DNA from: Promethearchaeota archaeon
GTDB lineage: Archaea; Asgardarchaeota; Lokiarchaeia; Sigyniarchaeales; SOKP01
NCBI GenBank assembly: GCA_048938855.1
Contig: JBHLLT010000002.1
Location: 352,001-416,000 of the forward strand
DNA length: 64,000 nt
Direction of reading: 5' to 3'
The notes below the pieces were generated by a model. It ran no database searches. It saw only the letters and a program-made list of their open reading frames with translations, and was not told where the DNA came from. This document shows positions 26,898 to 36,086 of this stretch, in pieces. The first letter of the stretch is position 1, and every line of letters starts with the position of its first letter. A program made the position numbers and the translations under genes.

Positions 26898-27650
26898 ATG
26901 ATGACTCTGAATCAGACAGGATTCACATTATATAAAAAGAACAACAATATTTCTCTAATCTCAAGTGGTGATAGCACTTTAGATGAACTGCTTTCTGGAG
27001 GATTTCATCGGGATTTGGTGTATTTACTCTACGGAGATAAGAAACTAACAACTAATGTTTTATTGACTACGGCAGTTATCGCCCAAAAAGCTTTTACCAA
27101 TGGAGGGATTGGAGAAGGTATTAGAGTTGCTTTTATTGATGGAAATAATAGGTTTAATCCATATAATGTAAGTAAGTTTGCCGTGTCTCAGAATCTTTCC
27201 CCTCAAAAAACATTGGAAAACATTCTTATTTCACGGGCGTTCACATGGGATCAAATGGTCGAGATTTTGGAAAATAGACTTTCCGCACTAGAAGATGTGA
27301 AAGTTGTGCTAATATCTGGGATCACAACTATGTTTGAAGGTTACGAAAAACAGACATTCGAAGATCTCTTAAGAACTATAGACGGAATTAAACAAATACT
27401 TTGGAAAACAAATCCTCTCATTATCATAACGGCACCCTTACACGAAAACTCCCTTTTTAGACCGAAAGGTGGAAAAATCCTTTCGCATTTTGGAAATGTG
27501 CTCGTGATGATAAATGATGATGAAAGGTATGTAGAATATGTTCTCGTTCAGCACCCATATCTTCCAGAAAATCGGTTGTTGAAGTGGAAACCTCGTACAT
27601 CCAAGAAGAAAGTACCCTTAAAAAACACTACATTAGATTATTGGGTTTGA
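26898..27650 (+). CDS. Inactive RadA/RecA-like protein of the PolB2-associated type
   Basis: 'SSGDSTLDELLSGGF', 'FIDGNNRFNPY' and 'LENILISRAFT' present; Walker A degenerate (YGDKKLTT). Start is 26898 or 26826. Confidence 0.8.
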   Translation: MMTLNQTGFTLYKKNNNISLISSGDSTLDELLSGGFHRDLVYLLYGDKKLTTNVLLTTAVIAQKAFTNGGIGEGIRVAFIDGNNRFNPYNVSKFAVSQNLSPQKTLENILISRAFTWDQMVEILENRLSALEDVKVVLISGITTMFEGYEKQTFEDLLRTIDGIKQILWKTNPLIIITAPLHENSLFRPKGGKILSHFGNVLVMINDDERYVEYVLVQHPYLPENRLLKWKPRTSKKKVPLKNTTLDYWV

Positions 27651-27654
27651 CAAA

Positions 27655-28077
27655 TTACCAAAATGCTTTTTCGAATTTGTCTATTGTATCCTGTAAACTA
27701 TCTTTAATTTGATTTTCGAAATCAACAAAAATACTTACATCATTATCCCAGTTATTAAAAAACTCTTTGGGATATATAGTGAAAAACTTATTTACAATTT
27801 TAGCAAGTTCTTCCTTGATCTTTTTTTCTTTAATTTTTTTTGGAGCATTTACTATAAATGAAATCCCAAATTGTTTCATAATGATATATTTGTTATCTTT
27901 AATTTCAAAACTAGATAAACCGCCACTTTCTAATTCTTCTGCTATTAGATTTAAAGCAGACATCAATGCCCCAATTAACTGTTCATCGACTTTTTTTTCA
28001 AGAACACGGTGAAATAAGACCGCTCCTGCATCATTTAGTATCCAAATGTCTTGTATTATTTTTTCCACTGAAATCAC
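27655..28077 (-). CDS. Longin-like domain protein (eukaryotic-signature type)
   Basis: 'IQDIWILNDAGAVLFHR...DEQLIGALMSAL...ELAKIVNKF' fits the longin/sigma-adaptin topology. Confidence 0.7.
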   Translation of the reverse strand: MISVEKIIQDIWILNDAGAVLFHRVLEKKVDEQLIGALMSALNLIAEELESGGLSSFEIKDNKYIIMKQFGISFIVNAPKKIKEKKIKEELAKIVNKFFTIYPKEFFNNWDNDVSIFVDFENQIKDSLQDTIDKFEKAFW

Positions 28078-28167
28078 TGCTAAAATTATACCTAATTTTC
28101 TATATGATAATTAAAAAAAAAATATAAATATATTTTTTAATGTTAGGTTTAAAATAATAAAAAGTAT

Positions 28168-28902
28168 CTATTCTCTGGATTTGGGTCTTATATATCCATA
28201 GTATGCGCCAAAGATTCCAACAATGGCAGAAATCCACGCTAAATAATAAAAAGCTGTAAAACCGGGGTTTCCCAAAAGTACAAATACTCGATCTATTGCA
28301 AACCAAAGAAATATCAGCATAAAGCTAAAGGACATGATCGCTAATGACAAAAAAGCCTGTTTATACGCTTTTTCCTTTACAGCTCGATAAGACTCTATCG
28401 ATCTTCTCAAAAAAGGGCCATAAACCAAAACCATATAAATAAACACAAACAAGAACGCAAACACATCTAAAAGATGATTATCATTTAAATAGATGAATAA
28501 TACATAGAAACAACAAAATATTCCATAAATTATTACAACAATTCTTTGCCATTTGATATACCCTTTTTCAAAAACGCCTACTTTAAGGATATAAGACAAG
28601 AAAATCGCAATTGTTACAAAGAATTCGCTTAGTCGAAAATCTACTGTTATATTATACATCCAAGTAATTATAGATCCATCTTGTATTATACTTACCTGAG
28701 CGATAACAAATACTTTTGACAACCAAGAAAAAATTATTGCTATAAAGTAACAAAAGAAAATTAAGAAAAGCAATCGGGTTAATCTATGACGCTTTACGTA
28801 ATATTTTTTTAATATCAACCCCAATAAAATTGCTGCGAATAAGAGTATAAAAGATTCAAAGACCATACCTATAAAATTGAGTTGTAAATCATATTGAAAC
28901 AT
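28168..28902 (-). CDS. Seven-TM membrane protein, sensor/receptor-like
   Basis: About 7 hydrophobic segments and no soluble domain. Confidence 0.65.
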   Translation of the reverse strand: MFQYDLQLNFIGMVFESFILLFAAILLGLILKKYYVKRHRLTRLLFLIFFCYFIAIIFSWLSKVFVIAQVSIIQDGSIITWMYNITVDFRLSEFFVTIAIFLSYILKVGVFEKGYIKWQRIVVIIYGIFCCFYVLFIYLNDNHLLDVFAFLFVFIYMVLVYGPFLRRSIESYRAVKEKAYKQAFLSLAIMSFSFMLIFLWFAIDRVFVLLGNPGFTAFYYLAWISAIVGIFGAYYGYIRPKSRE

Positions 28903-29155
28903 GTTATTATTATGAAAATCTGCTCATTTAAAGTTTTATTTTAAAGAGAATTTTGTGCAAAAAAGAATTTTCTCTATAATTAGCTTGTTTTGTTTTCTTT
29001 AAACTATCCTTATCTCTCTATTTTTTATTTATTAAGAAAATGTGAATTTATCAAGGTTTTAAGATTAAATATATAAATATGTTTAGCCTTTAAATAACGT
29101 AAAGAATATTAGTCTAAATATAAAAGGAAAATAATTTTTGGAGGAGTGAAGAATT

Positions 29156-29506
29156 TTGGACATGAAAACATTTAAAAAGACATTTAAATTAATCTGTGAC
29201 TCATGTGGAGAATTTACTCATACAGATACTCAATATTGTGAAAAATGTGGGGCAGAAGCGGTAAGAACCGCAACGAAAGAAGATTATGAAAAACATAATA
29301 AAGAAGCAGATGATAAAGTTAAGGAATCTAGGAAAGTCGCTGATGGATTAAGAAAGGAAGCCGATAAAGTTAAAAAGAAAGCTGATAAAGTTAAAAAGGA
29401 AAAAAGAAAAGCTGAAAAGGAAGCTGAAGAAGCGGAGTGGGAAGCTGAAAGGGAAGCTGAAGAAGCAGAGTGGGAAGCAGCAAGAATTCAGAAGAAATCA
29501 GACTAA
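29156..29506 (+). CDS. Zinc-ribbon protein with charged helical tail
   Basis: CDSC...CEKC; GGAGGAGTGA RBS before TTG; short DNA repeats encode ADKVKK and EAEEAEWEA. Confidence 0.7.
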   Translation: MDMKTFKKTFKLICDSCGEFTHTDTQYCEKCGAEAVRTATKEDYEKHNKEADDKVKESRKVADGLRKEADKVKKKADKVKKEKRKAEKEAEEAEWEAEREAEEAEWEAARIQKKSD

Positions 29507-29597
29507 AAGTAACACAATTTTTAGAAAGATTAACGTTATTTAAGAATCGTTGGTTGGGGTATTACAGGATGTTTTAAATTTATAAATGTATCTATTC

Positions 29598-30011
29598 TTA
29601 TTTTTTCTTTTTTTTATACATATTTGGGTCTTTTTCCTCAAGTGTGAGAGGGTCTCCTCCATATTGTATCTTTCTGGCTGAATAATATAGAGTTGATTTT
29701 TCATCACAAATTTTATCCCATTCTTCTAAACCTAATTTTTGAATCATTACTGAGTTATAAACTTTTGAATTATGGGGAGTAAAGATCTCAAAATTTACAA
29801 TTGGTTGTAATTTCTCACAAGGAAATTCAGTACATTCGTAACAGAAATCATACCCTTTATTTGTTATACACTCATATGTCTTACAGACAGGAAACTTAAG
29901 GATTTGTCCTTGTTGCTCTCGACATCCTTTGCACCCAAACGATTCTACTCCTGGACACCTTTTACAATAAATTCCACATGGAGCATGCCAATTTTTTCTT
30001 TCTTCAGTCAT
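29598..30011 (-). CDS. DUF3795 family Cys-rich protein
   Basis: APCGIYCKRC, CKGCR and CYECTEFPC motifs. Confidence 0.8.
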   Translation of the reverse strand: MTEERKNWHAPCGIYCKRCPGVESFGCKGCREQQGQILKFPVCKTYECITNKGYDFCYECTEFPCEKLQPIVNFEIFTPHNSKVYNSVMIQKLGLEEWDKICDEKSTLYYSARKIQYGGDPLTLEEKDPNMYKKKKK

Positions 30012-30193
30012 ATTTCAAATCTTTCGTATATTAAAATAGTTTTTAGTTAAAAATTTTGGGTTTAATTTATAATCAATATATCTTCTCATTTTTCAAAAAG
30101 CATGAAAAGATTTAAATAGGTTATTTTATAATTAAATGATGGATTTCCCATATTTCAAATATCATGAAGTATAAATAGAGTTGAAAAAATTAA

Positions 30194-30334
30194 ATGTGTC
30201 ATTTTGTATATCCTAAAGGAGATATAAAAAAATGTGAATTATGTGAAGGTAATGGTGTTATTTATGTTTGGAGAAGTGATTTGGAAGAATTTGAGATGAT
30301 AATATGCCCAGAATGTCAAGGTACAGAAGATTAA
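30194..30334 (+). CDS. 46-aa zinc-finger microprotein (DnaJ-type CxxCxG pair)
   Basis: Manual translation: MCHFVYPKGDIKKCELCEGNGVIYVWRSDLEEFEMIICPECQGTED*. Confidence 0.6.
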   Translation: MCHFVYPKGDIKKCELCEGNGVIYVWRSDLEEFEMIICPECQGTED

Positions 30335-30348
30335 TTATAAGAGTTTAA

Positions 30349-31317
30349 TCACTTCAAACCCAAAAATCTAGCTGCATTCTTATAGATCCATTTTTCCTTT
30401 ACCTCTTCTTTTAGAGGCAATTTCATGACTTCATCAGCTAATTGCTTTATTGACATCCCCATAAAGAGCCAAGTGGATCCAAATAGAATTCTATCTTGCA
30501 GGACTGAATTTCCGTAATGGATAAGAGATTCCCACCCGGTTCCTTTCATACCAATATATTTTGGTAGATAAGAAGCAATATCAACGTAGATATTTGGGTT
30601 TCGCCATGCAACTGCAACAATTTCATTCACCCATGGCCATCCACCATGTCCAGCAATAATTTTTAAATTGGGAAAATCTTGAGCAACAATATCAAGATAT
30701 ATCGGGCGTTCTACTTCCATTGAATTAGTAGAATAATTAATAGATATATGAAACCATACTGGAATATCAAGTTCTACACAAACAGAATAAATAGGGTACA
30801 TCTTTTTATGGGATGGTGGAATTTGAAACATAAATGGTCTGAGAGCAATTCCTCTAAGGCCTAAATCATATGACCGTCTAATCTCTTTTAATGCTTTCTT
30901 TTTTTTTAGAGGATCTATACCCGCAAAACCTATAAACTTCTCAGGAAATTCTTTTACAATATTAGCATAGTAATCATTTGGCAGTCCGGCAATACTGCTA
31001 GGAGTTTCTTCATCTAAATTGAATATAACTGCTTTTTCAACACCCATTTTATCAAGCTGTTCCACAAACTTTTCAACGGGCATAGTTAGTTTTTGTATTT
31101 TTGCTAAAAGAGGTTCAATTGCCTTTTTTAGCTCAGATGTGCTCAGGGTTGATTTCATTTTGTATAGCTCTTCTGGTGTAATGCCTAAAAGAGGTGCTAC
31201 TCTTGGACCAAAAACATCCCTAAGATATCTTGCCATTTGAGGGGGCAACGAAACTAAAAGATCGACAAAAACCTCCTCTGTAGGCACATAACACAGAGAA
31301 TCAATTATCTTATACAT
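30349..31317 (-). CDS. Amidohydrolase_2 family metal-dependent hydrolase
   Basis: FIGFAGIDP, PVWFH, GHGGWPW, YVDIA motifs; the usual N-terminal HxH and FGSD are altered. Confidence 0.85.
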   Translation of the reverse strand: MYKIIDSLCYVPTEEVFVDLLVSLPPQMARYLRDVFGPRVAPLLGITPEELYKMKSTLSTSELKKAIEPLLAKIQKLTMPVEKFVEQLDKMGVEKAVIFNLDEETPSSIAGLPNDYYANIVKEFPEKFIGFAGIDPLKKKKALKEIRRSYDLGLRGIALRPFMFQIPPSHKKMYPIYSVCVELDIPVWFHISINYSTNSMEVERPIYLDIVAQDFPNLKIIAGHGGWPWVNEIVAVAWRNPNIYVDIASYLPKYIGMKGTGWESLIHYGNSVLQDRILFGSTWLFMGMSIKQLADEVMKLPLKEEVKEKWIYKNAARFLGLK

Positions 31318-31469
31318 ATCTTACCATCTCATAATTTCTATATAGTATTATAATTGGGATTATTCTCAATTTTTCTTATTAAGAAAAAAATCAGAAAACT
31401 AGTATTGTATTTTTGTTTTAATTTGTTAAATTACTTTCTTTTTTGGATTTATTAGATCAAGTGTCAAAT

Positions 31470-31736
31470 ATGGGAAGAACTGTACCCTCTTTTAGACCTG
31501 CATTAGAGCATGAAATTGAAAGCTGGAAAGACTTCAAAAGAGCATTACGTCCTAAAGAGCAGAAGATATTTGATAAATTGATGAATTTTGCTCGAATACA
31601 TGCTGATGCTGGGAGTATGAGCGCACGTCCAATGTTATCAGAAGTATTGTTTATTTCCTTTGCAATTGAACAAGAAAAAAAAATTGGTTTGTTAGAAGAG
31701 AAAGTAAAAGAATTAGAGAAACAATTGAAGGAATAA
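31470..31736 (+). CDS. Small helical PolB2-associated protein (arCOG07300-like)
   Basis: MGRTVPSFR...WKDFKRALR..EQKIFDKL; ends 1 bp before polB2. Confidence 0.8.
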   Translation: MGRTVPSFRPALEHEIESWKDFKRALRPKEQKIFDKLMNFARIHADAGSMSARPMLSEVLFISFAIEQEKKIGLLEEKVKELEKQLKE

Positions 31737-31737
31737 T

Positions 31738-34152
31738 ATGAAATCTGAATTTCAAGAGCAATTTGATGGGTGGCTTTTAGATGTATCCACTTATGGCAAT
31801 GGAGTCATTCTTTGGGTTAAAACTGTAAAAGAACAACAAGTTATAAAAATTTTTCACGATTTCTGTCCTGAGTTTTTTGCTGTACCCCAAAAACATGTTG
31901 GCAAAGATTTTAAGAGATTAAAGCAGATTCTCAAATCCCACCATAATGTTAAAGACGTAAGAATCTGTGAAAAATATGTGACGCTCGAAGATCAAGAAAA
32001 AGTAAAGATATTTGGAGTTTCTGTCAAAAAACCTTCGGTATTTAAGAATACTATCAAAGAAGTCGATGAAATCGGTTTTTTTACATTATACAATACTGAT
32101 CTTCCAATTTCTCAAATGTACTTCTATGTTAATGACTTGTTCCCGATGTCTCTATGCAATTTTAGAGTTAAAATTGAAAATAAGGGAAGATCTGAAGTAC
32201 CAGTAATGCGTTTGATATCATTAGAGTTGAATGATGACAACGAAGAACTGTTTTATGAACTACCCCCTCTAAAAGCTGTATGGCTGGATATTAAAGTGCA
32301 ACAGCGTGGGATGAAATCGTATTATAATGATTCTCTCCTATATGCTGAAGTTAGCATAGTTGAAAATGATGAGAAAGCTAACATTCCAAGAGCAGATGGG
32401 CAGAAAAAAAACAAGATCTTAATAGATAAAGCAGATGAAGCCGAAACCATAAAAACAATAAGCAAAGTAATTGAGCGATTGGATCCTGACATTATATTAA
32501 CACATGGAGGAGATGAATTTGTATTTCCGTACTTAGTTGCTCGAGCATCAGTGAATCGAGTTTCAAAGGATCTCTATCTCTCTCGGACAAAAACGCCTCT
32601 CAAAAATTGCATCTTTAATCTTTCTGGAAACTCAGAGCATTACATGTCATATGGAATAATAATGAGGCGCTCCAAAACTCAAGTCTATTTAACAGGGCGG
32701 TTTCACCTAGACACAACAACTTATGGCAGTCTACATTTTAGTGAGGGGAATATACCAGGAGTAATAGAAGTTGCAAGAGTATCCCGAGTTCCTATGCAAA
32801 GACTCTGTAGAGTAACTATTGGTGGTGCACTGCAATCAATACAATATTATAATGCATACAAACTAGATCATCTTATCCCGCCATTTAAGAAAAGTCCGGA
32901 AAGTTTTCGAAATGGTATGGAATTGATAATAAATGATAGGGGAGGGCATATATTTGAACCATTAATTGGGGTTTTTGATCAAGTTGTAGAATTAGACTTT
33001 TCTTCAATGTATCCGTCGCTAATGGCAAATTTTAACATTTCTCCGGAAACTATTAACTGTAAATGCTGTAAAGATGACGGTACAGGAATTAAAGTACCCG
33101 GTACAAAATTTCATATATGCACAAAAAGGCAGGGCATCATTTCTAAATCAATTAGCTTGCCACTTAGAAAACGATTAGAATGCAAAGAATATAACAAGAC
33201 TCATGATGATATTCGATACAAATTCACCGATATTGCTTTAAAATGGGTACTTGTTGTAAGTTTTGGATATTTAGGTTTTAAAAATGCTCGTTTCGGTAAA
33301 ATTGAGGCACATCAAACGGTTTGTGCTTTTGCACGTGAGTTTTTATTGAGATCTACTGAGATTGCAAAAAGTTATGGCTGTAAGGTTGTCCATGGAATTG
33401 TTGATTCTATGTGGCTTCAAGATACGAAAGGAAGAACTCCAGAGGAATTTGAAATAGTAACAAAAAAGATTGCAAAAGAAATTTCTGACACAACGAACAT
33501 TCCAATGAGTTGGGACGGACAGTTTAATGTCATTGTCTTTTTACCTTCTCGAGCAGAACCAGATGTTCCAGCACTTAGTCACTATTGGGGGATAAAGACT
33601 AATGGCGAAGTGAAAGTGAGGGGTATTGAAGTGAGACGCAGAGATATGCCCAAAATTGTGAAAGATGCACAGTATGCGTTTATTGATATATTTAAAGGAG
33701 CAAAGACCGTTGATGAATTCAAAAAAAGAATACCAGAAGCAAAGAAAAAACTATTTGAATACGTGGAGAGGGTTTACTCAGGAGAAATCTCTCGTGATGA
33801 ACTCACGATAAAGCAAAAGATCTCTCGAAGTCCAAATCAATATAAGGTAAATTCATACCAAGCGGTTGCTGCTAGACAGTTAGAACGATCGGGTATTATA
33901 GCGTCCGCAGGAAAAAATGTGAGGTACATTATTCTTAATGCTGATGCGGATCCGAATTTTCCTGAAAAAAAAGTTATCCTTTCAGCTTTATATGACGAAA
34001 AAAGACATGATTACGACAGAAAGAAGTATGTAGAACTTCTGAAAAGAGCTTTTGAAAGCATTTTTCCTTTTGAATTCCCGGAACTTGAAGAATTGTTGAG
34101 TTCAGATTACAATAAAAAATCTCTTCAAAAAGATTTGTCATGTTTCATTTAA
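31738..34152 (+). CDS. polB2: Family B DNA polymerase, PolB2 group
   Basis: DFSSMYPS and KWVLVVSFGYLG present; motif C reads HGIVDS (first Asp lost); exonuclease motifs degenerate; adjacent to an arCOG07300-like gene. Confidence 0.9.
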   Translation: MKSEFQEQFDGWLLDVSTYGNGVILWVKTVKEQQVIKIFHDFCPEFFAVPQKHVGKDFKRLKQILKSHHNVKDVRICEKYVTLEDQEKVKIFGVSVKKPSVFKNTIKEVDEIGFFTLYNTDLPISQMYFYVNDLFPMSLCNFRVKIENKGRSEVPVMRLISLELNDDNEELFYELPPLKAVWLDIKVQQRGMKSYYNDSLLYAEVSIVENDEKANIPRADGQKKNKILIDKADEAETIKTISKVIERLDPDIILTHGGDEFVFPYLVARASVNRVSKDLYLSRTKTPLKNCIFNLSGNSEHYMSYGIIMRRSKTQVYLTGRFHLDTTTYGSLHFSEGNIPGVIEVARVSRVPMQRLCRVTIGGALQSIQYYNAYKLDHLIPPFKKSPESFRNGMELIINDRGGHIFEPLIGVFDQVVELDFSSMYPSLMANFNISPETINCKCCKDDGTGIKVPGTKFHICTKRQGIISKSISLPLRKRLECKEYNKTHDDIRYKFTDIALKWVLVVSFGYLGFKNARFGKIEAHQTVCAFAREFLLRSTEIAKSYGCKVVHGIVDSMWLQDTKGRTPEEFEIVTKKIAKEISDTTNIPMSWDGQFNVIVFLPSRAEPDVPALSHYWGIKTNGEVKVRGIEVRRRDMPKIVKDAQYAFIDIFKGAKTVDEFKKRIPEAKKKLFEYVERVYSGEISRDELTIKQKISRSPNQYKVNSYQAVAARQLERSGIIASAGKNVRYIILNADADPNFPEKKVILSALYDEKRHDYDRKKYVELLKRAFESIFPFEFPELEELLSSDYNKKSLQKDLSCFI

Positions 34153-34169
34153 TATAAATAAAAAAAAGA

Positions 34170-34715
34170 TTAGGGAATTACAAGTATCCCAAAAAAATCA
34201 CATACTATTATTATTAAACAGATCAATTCTAATAAAATCCAGAGATTGCGTTTTAAATTTCTAATCGCTCCTAGTGGTTTACCAGCATAGTTGATTATAT
34301 TATATATAAAAATTAGTACCCAAGTAGTTATCAAAAATGTAATTGGTAATATCAATGTGATTAAATGAAGACCTATATAAGTGAGTAGGTATTTATAACC
34401 CAGAATTGTAAATCCTGTTAAAACTAAAGTAAAACCAAGTCCAAATGAATATTCTGCGAATGTTACAAATCGATTAATGCGGGTTTCAGAGACATTACCT
34501 TGATTTGCTTCAAACTGAGCTTTGGAATTAACAGATACAGAATTAACAAAAAAGATAAATGAAACCATTAACAAAAATGTACTTGTAACTATTCCATTTG
34601 CAGGTGGAACTTGCCAAATTAAAGCCAAAATCGTCAAAACCGCACCCATCATCACTGTACTTAGCACTATCCAATCTCTTACGTTTATTTTTTGCTTACG
34701 CTCTTCATTACTCAT
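34170..34715 (-). CDS. Hypothetical 5-TM membrane protein
   Basis: Five hydrophobic segments. Confidence 0.7.
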   Translation of the reverse strand: MSNEERKQKINVRDWIVLSTVMMGAVLTILALIWQVPPANGIVTSTFLLMVSFIFFVNSVSVNSKAQFEANQGNVSETRINRFVTFAEYSFGLGFTLVLTGFTILGYKYLLTYIGLHLITLILPITFLITTWVLIFIYNIINYAGKPLGAIRNLKRNLWILLELICLIIIVCDFFGILVIP

Positions 34716-34821
34716 TTTCTTAGTCTCAAAAATTTTTAGTTAATTAAGATTACTTGAGACTTAAAATTTAAAGATTATCATACAATCTATCAACGATAAA
34801 ATAAAAAAAGAAAGTAAAAGT

Positions 34822-35454
34822 TTATTTAAAAGGCTGTCTAATGACAGTTTTCATGTTTTCTGGTGTAGCTTTTCGTGGATCACTAAGATAGATTTCATGA
34901 TGTTTTTGATTGTGCCCATCAAAAGTCCCACCAATTGATTCAATAAATTTGTGTACTTTTTCAACAGTTGGACCTTCTTCAGAATAAGGGCCAATATGCA
35001 TTATCTGTGCTACTTTTCCTTCTTTATATGATTGAAGATAAAGTTTTGAAATTTTGTCTTTAAGTTCTGGTTTCTTTTCTACTGTAATTTTAATTGCCTC
35101 GTCAATCATCTCTTGAGTTATCCAATCAGGTTGCATAATCATCATAATCCACTTCCATTTATCTCGATTTCCCTTTGTAAAATCGTCCATATTATCAGCC
35201 CACCAGAGACCTTCTAAAGGAGGCACGACATAGTCTTTCCCTTTTGCCTTACTCAAGAATTTTGTTTTGAACGCAATTGGATATAACACAGCTAGAGCAT
35301 CTTGATACTCTTGTGAATCACCTGGGGATCCCATTCCATCAATCATTAAGAATTGCATTTCAGGAACTTCAACCATTACTACTTTCTGAGCATTTGGATT
35401 ATAAAATTCTTTCATTGATTTTTTAAAATCTACTTTCATTGGAATAATATTCAC
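34822..35454 (-). CDS. GyrI-like small-molecule-binding protein
   Basis: FLMIDG.G.P, PPLEGLWW, HIGPYSEE and HHEIYLSDPR motifs. Confidence 0.9.
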   Translation of the reverse strand: MNIIPMKVDFKKSMKEFYNPNAQKVVMVEVPEMQFLMIDGMGSPGDSQEYQDALAVLYPIAFKTKFLSKAKGKDYVVPPLEGLWWADNMDDFTKGNRDKWKWIMMIMQPDWITQEMIDEAIKITVEKKPELKDKISKLYLQSYKEGKVAQIMHIGPYSEEGPTVEKVHKFIESIGGTFDGHNQKHHEIYLSDPRKATPENMKTVIRQPFK

Positions 35455-35468
35455 CTTTAAAATTTATT

Positions 35469-35783
35469 TTAAATATTTGAAGCTATTACTTCTCCAATCC
35501 ATTCCTTTACATTTGAACAAACTTTTGAAGCTTCTTCTATTGTCATTGCCATTTCTTCAGGAGGATCTATCTTAAAGAAACTGTCTATATCGGGAATTTC
35601 AAAATATCCGATATATTGAGGAATATTATCTCCTCTTAATGTCGCTTTTTGCTTAAATAATTGCCAATTTTTACAGTATTTTGACATTATAGGTATACCA
35701 TAGTTTTTCATATACTCTACAAATTTCTTTTCATTCTTCTGTAAAACTTCAAACGAATAGAAGAACTTAGCAATTTTAGTCAA
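35469..35783 (-). CDS. Dimeric alpha-beta barrel protein (EthD/NIPSNAP-like)
   Basis: 104 aa with a ferredoxin-like pattern and 'PQYIGYFEIPDIDSF'. Confidence 0.5.
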   Translation of the reverse strand: MTKIAKFFYSFEVLQKNEKKFVEYMKNYGIPIMSKYCKNWQLFKQKATLRGDNIPQYIGYFEIPDIDSFFKIDPPEEMAMTIEEASKVCSNVKEWIGEVIASNI

Positions 35784-35808
35784 GTTTTAACATACCTTAT
35801 TTTTTAAT

Positions 35809-35940
35809 TTATTCTCGTGGCTGAAAGCTGTTTGTAGGGCATTTATTTGTATCTAACGTTGCAGGAACTTCATGCCCAAAACAATCTCCTTTCATCTCAT
35901 CTATAGGTTTGTAATATTTGCAATCTTTACATTGAGCCAT
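35809..35940 (-). CDS. 43-aa four-Cys microprotein, BssC/TutF-like candidate Fe-S protein
   Basis: Manual translation: MAQCKDCKYYKPIDEMKGDCFGHEVPATLDTNKCPTNSFQPRE*; first gene of a co-oriented trio. Confidence 0.7.
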   Translation of the reverse strand: MAQCKDCKYYKPIDEMKGDCFGHEVPATLDTNKCPTNSFQPRE

Positions 35941-35989
35941 TTTATTTGATCATCCCAAAATTATTTCTTAGTTATTATATATAAGTATG

Positions 35990-36047
35990 ATTTGTGACAA
36001 TAAGAAACTTATTATTTTACAAAGATTATTTAAGTCATGTCACAAAT
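35990..36047. promoter_or_regulatory. Inverted repeat in a divergent promoter, candidate regulator binding sites
   Basis: ATTTGTGACA at 35990-35999 and TGTCACAAAT at 36038-36047: perfect 10-bp arms with a 38-bp spacer. Confidence 0.5.
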
Positions 36048-36086
36048 TACTATACTATCGAATAACGATAAATATCTCATTATAAG

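Noticed and set aside
29360-29480. Short direct repeats as a CRISPR array
   Set aside because: They are in-frame coding repeats of 21 and 33 bp with no unique spacers, and no cas genes are present.
31738-34152. PolB as a casposon or viral polymerase, or as an intein carrier
   Set aside because: No Cas1, integrase, terminal repeats or capsid genes are nearby; length and motifs fit cellular PolB2; no intein motifs were seen.
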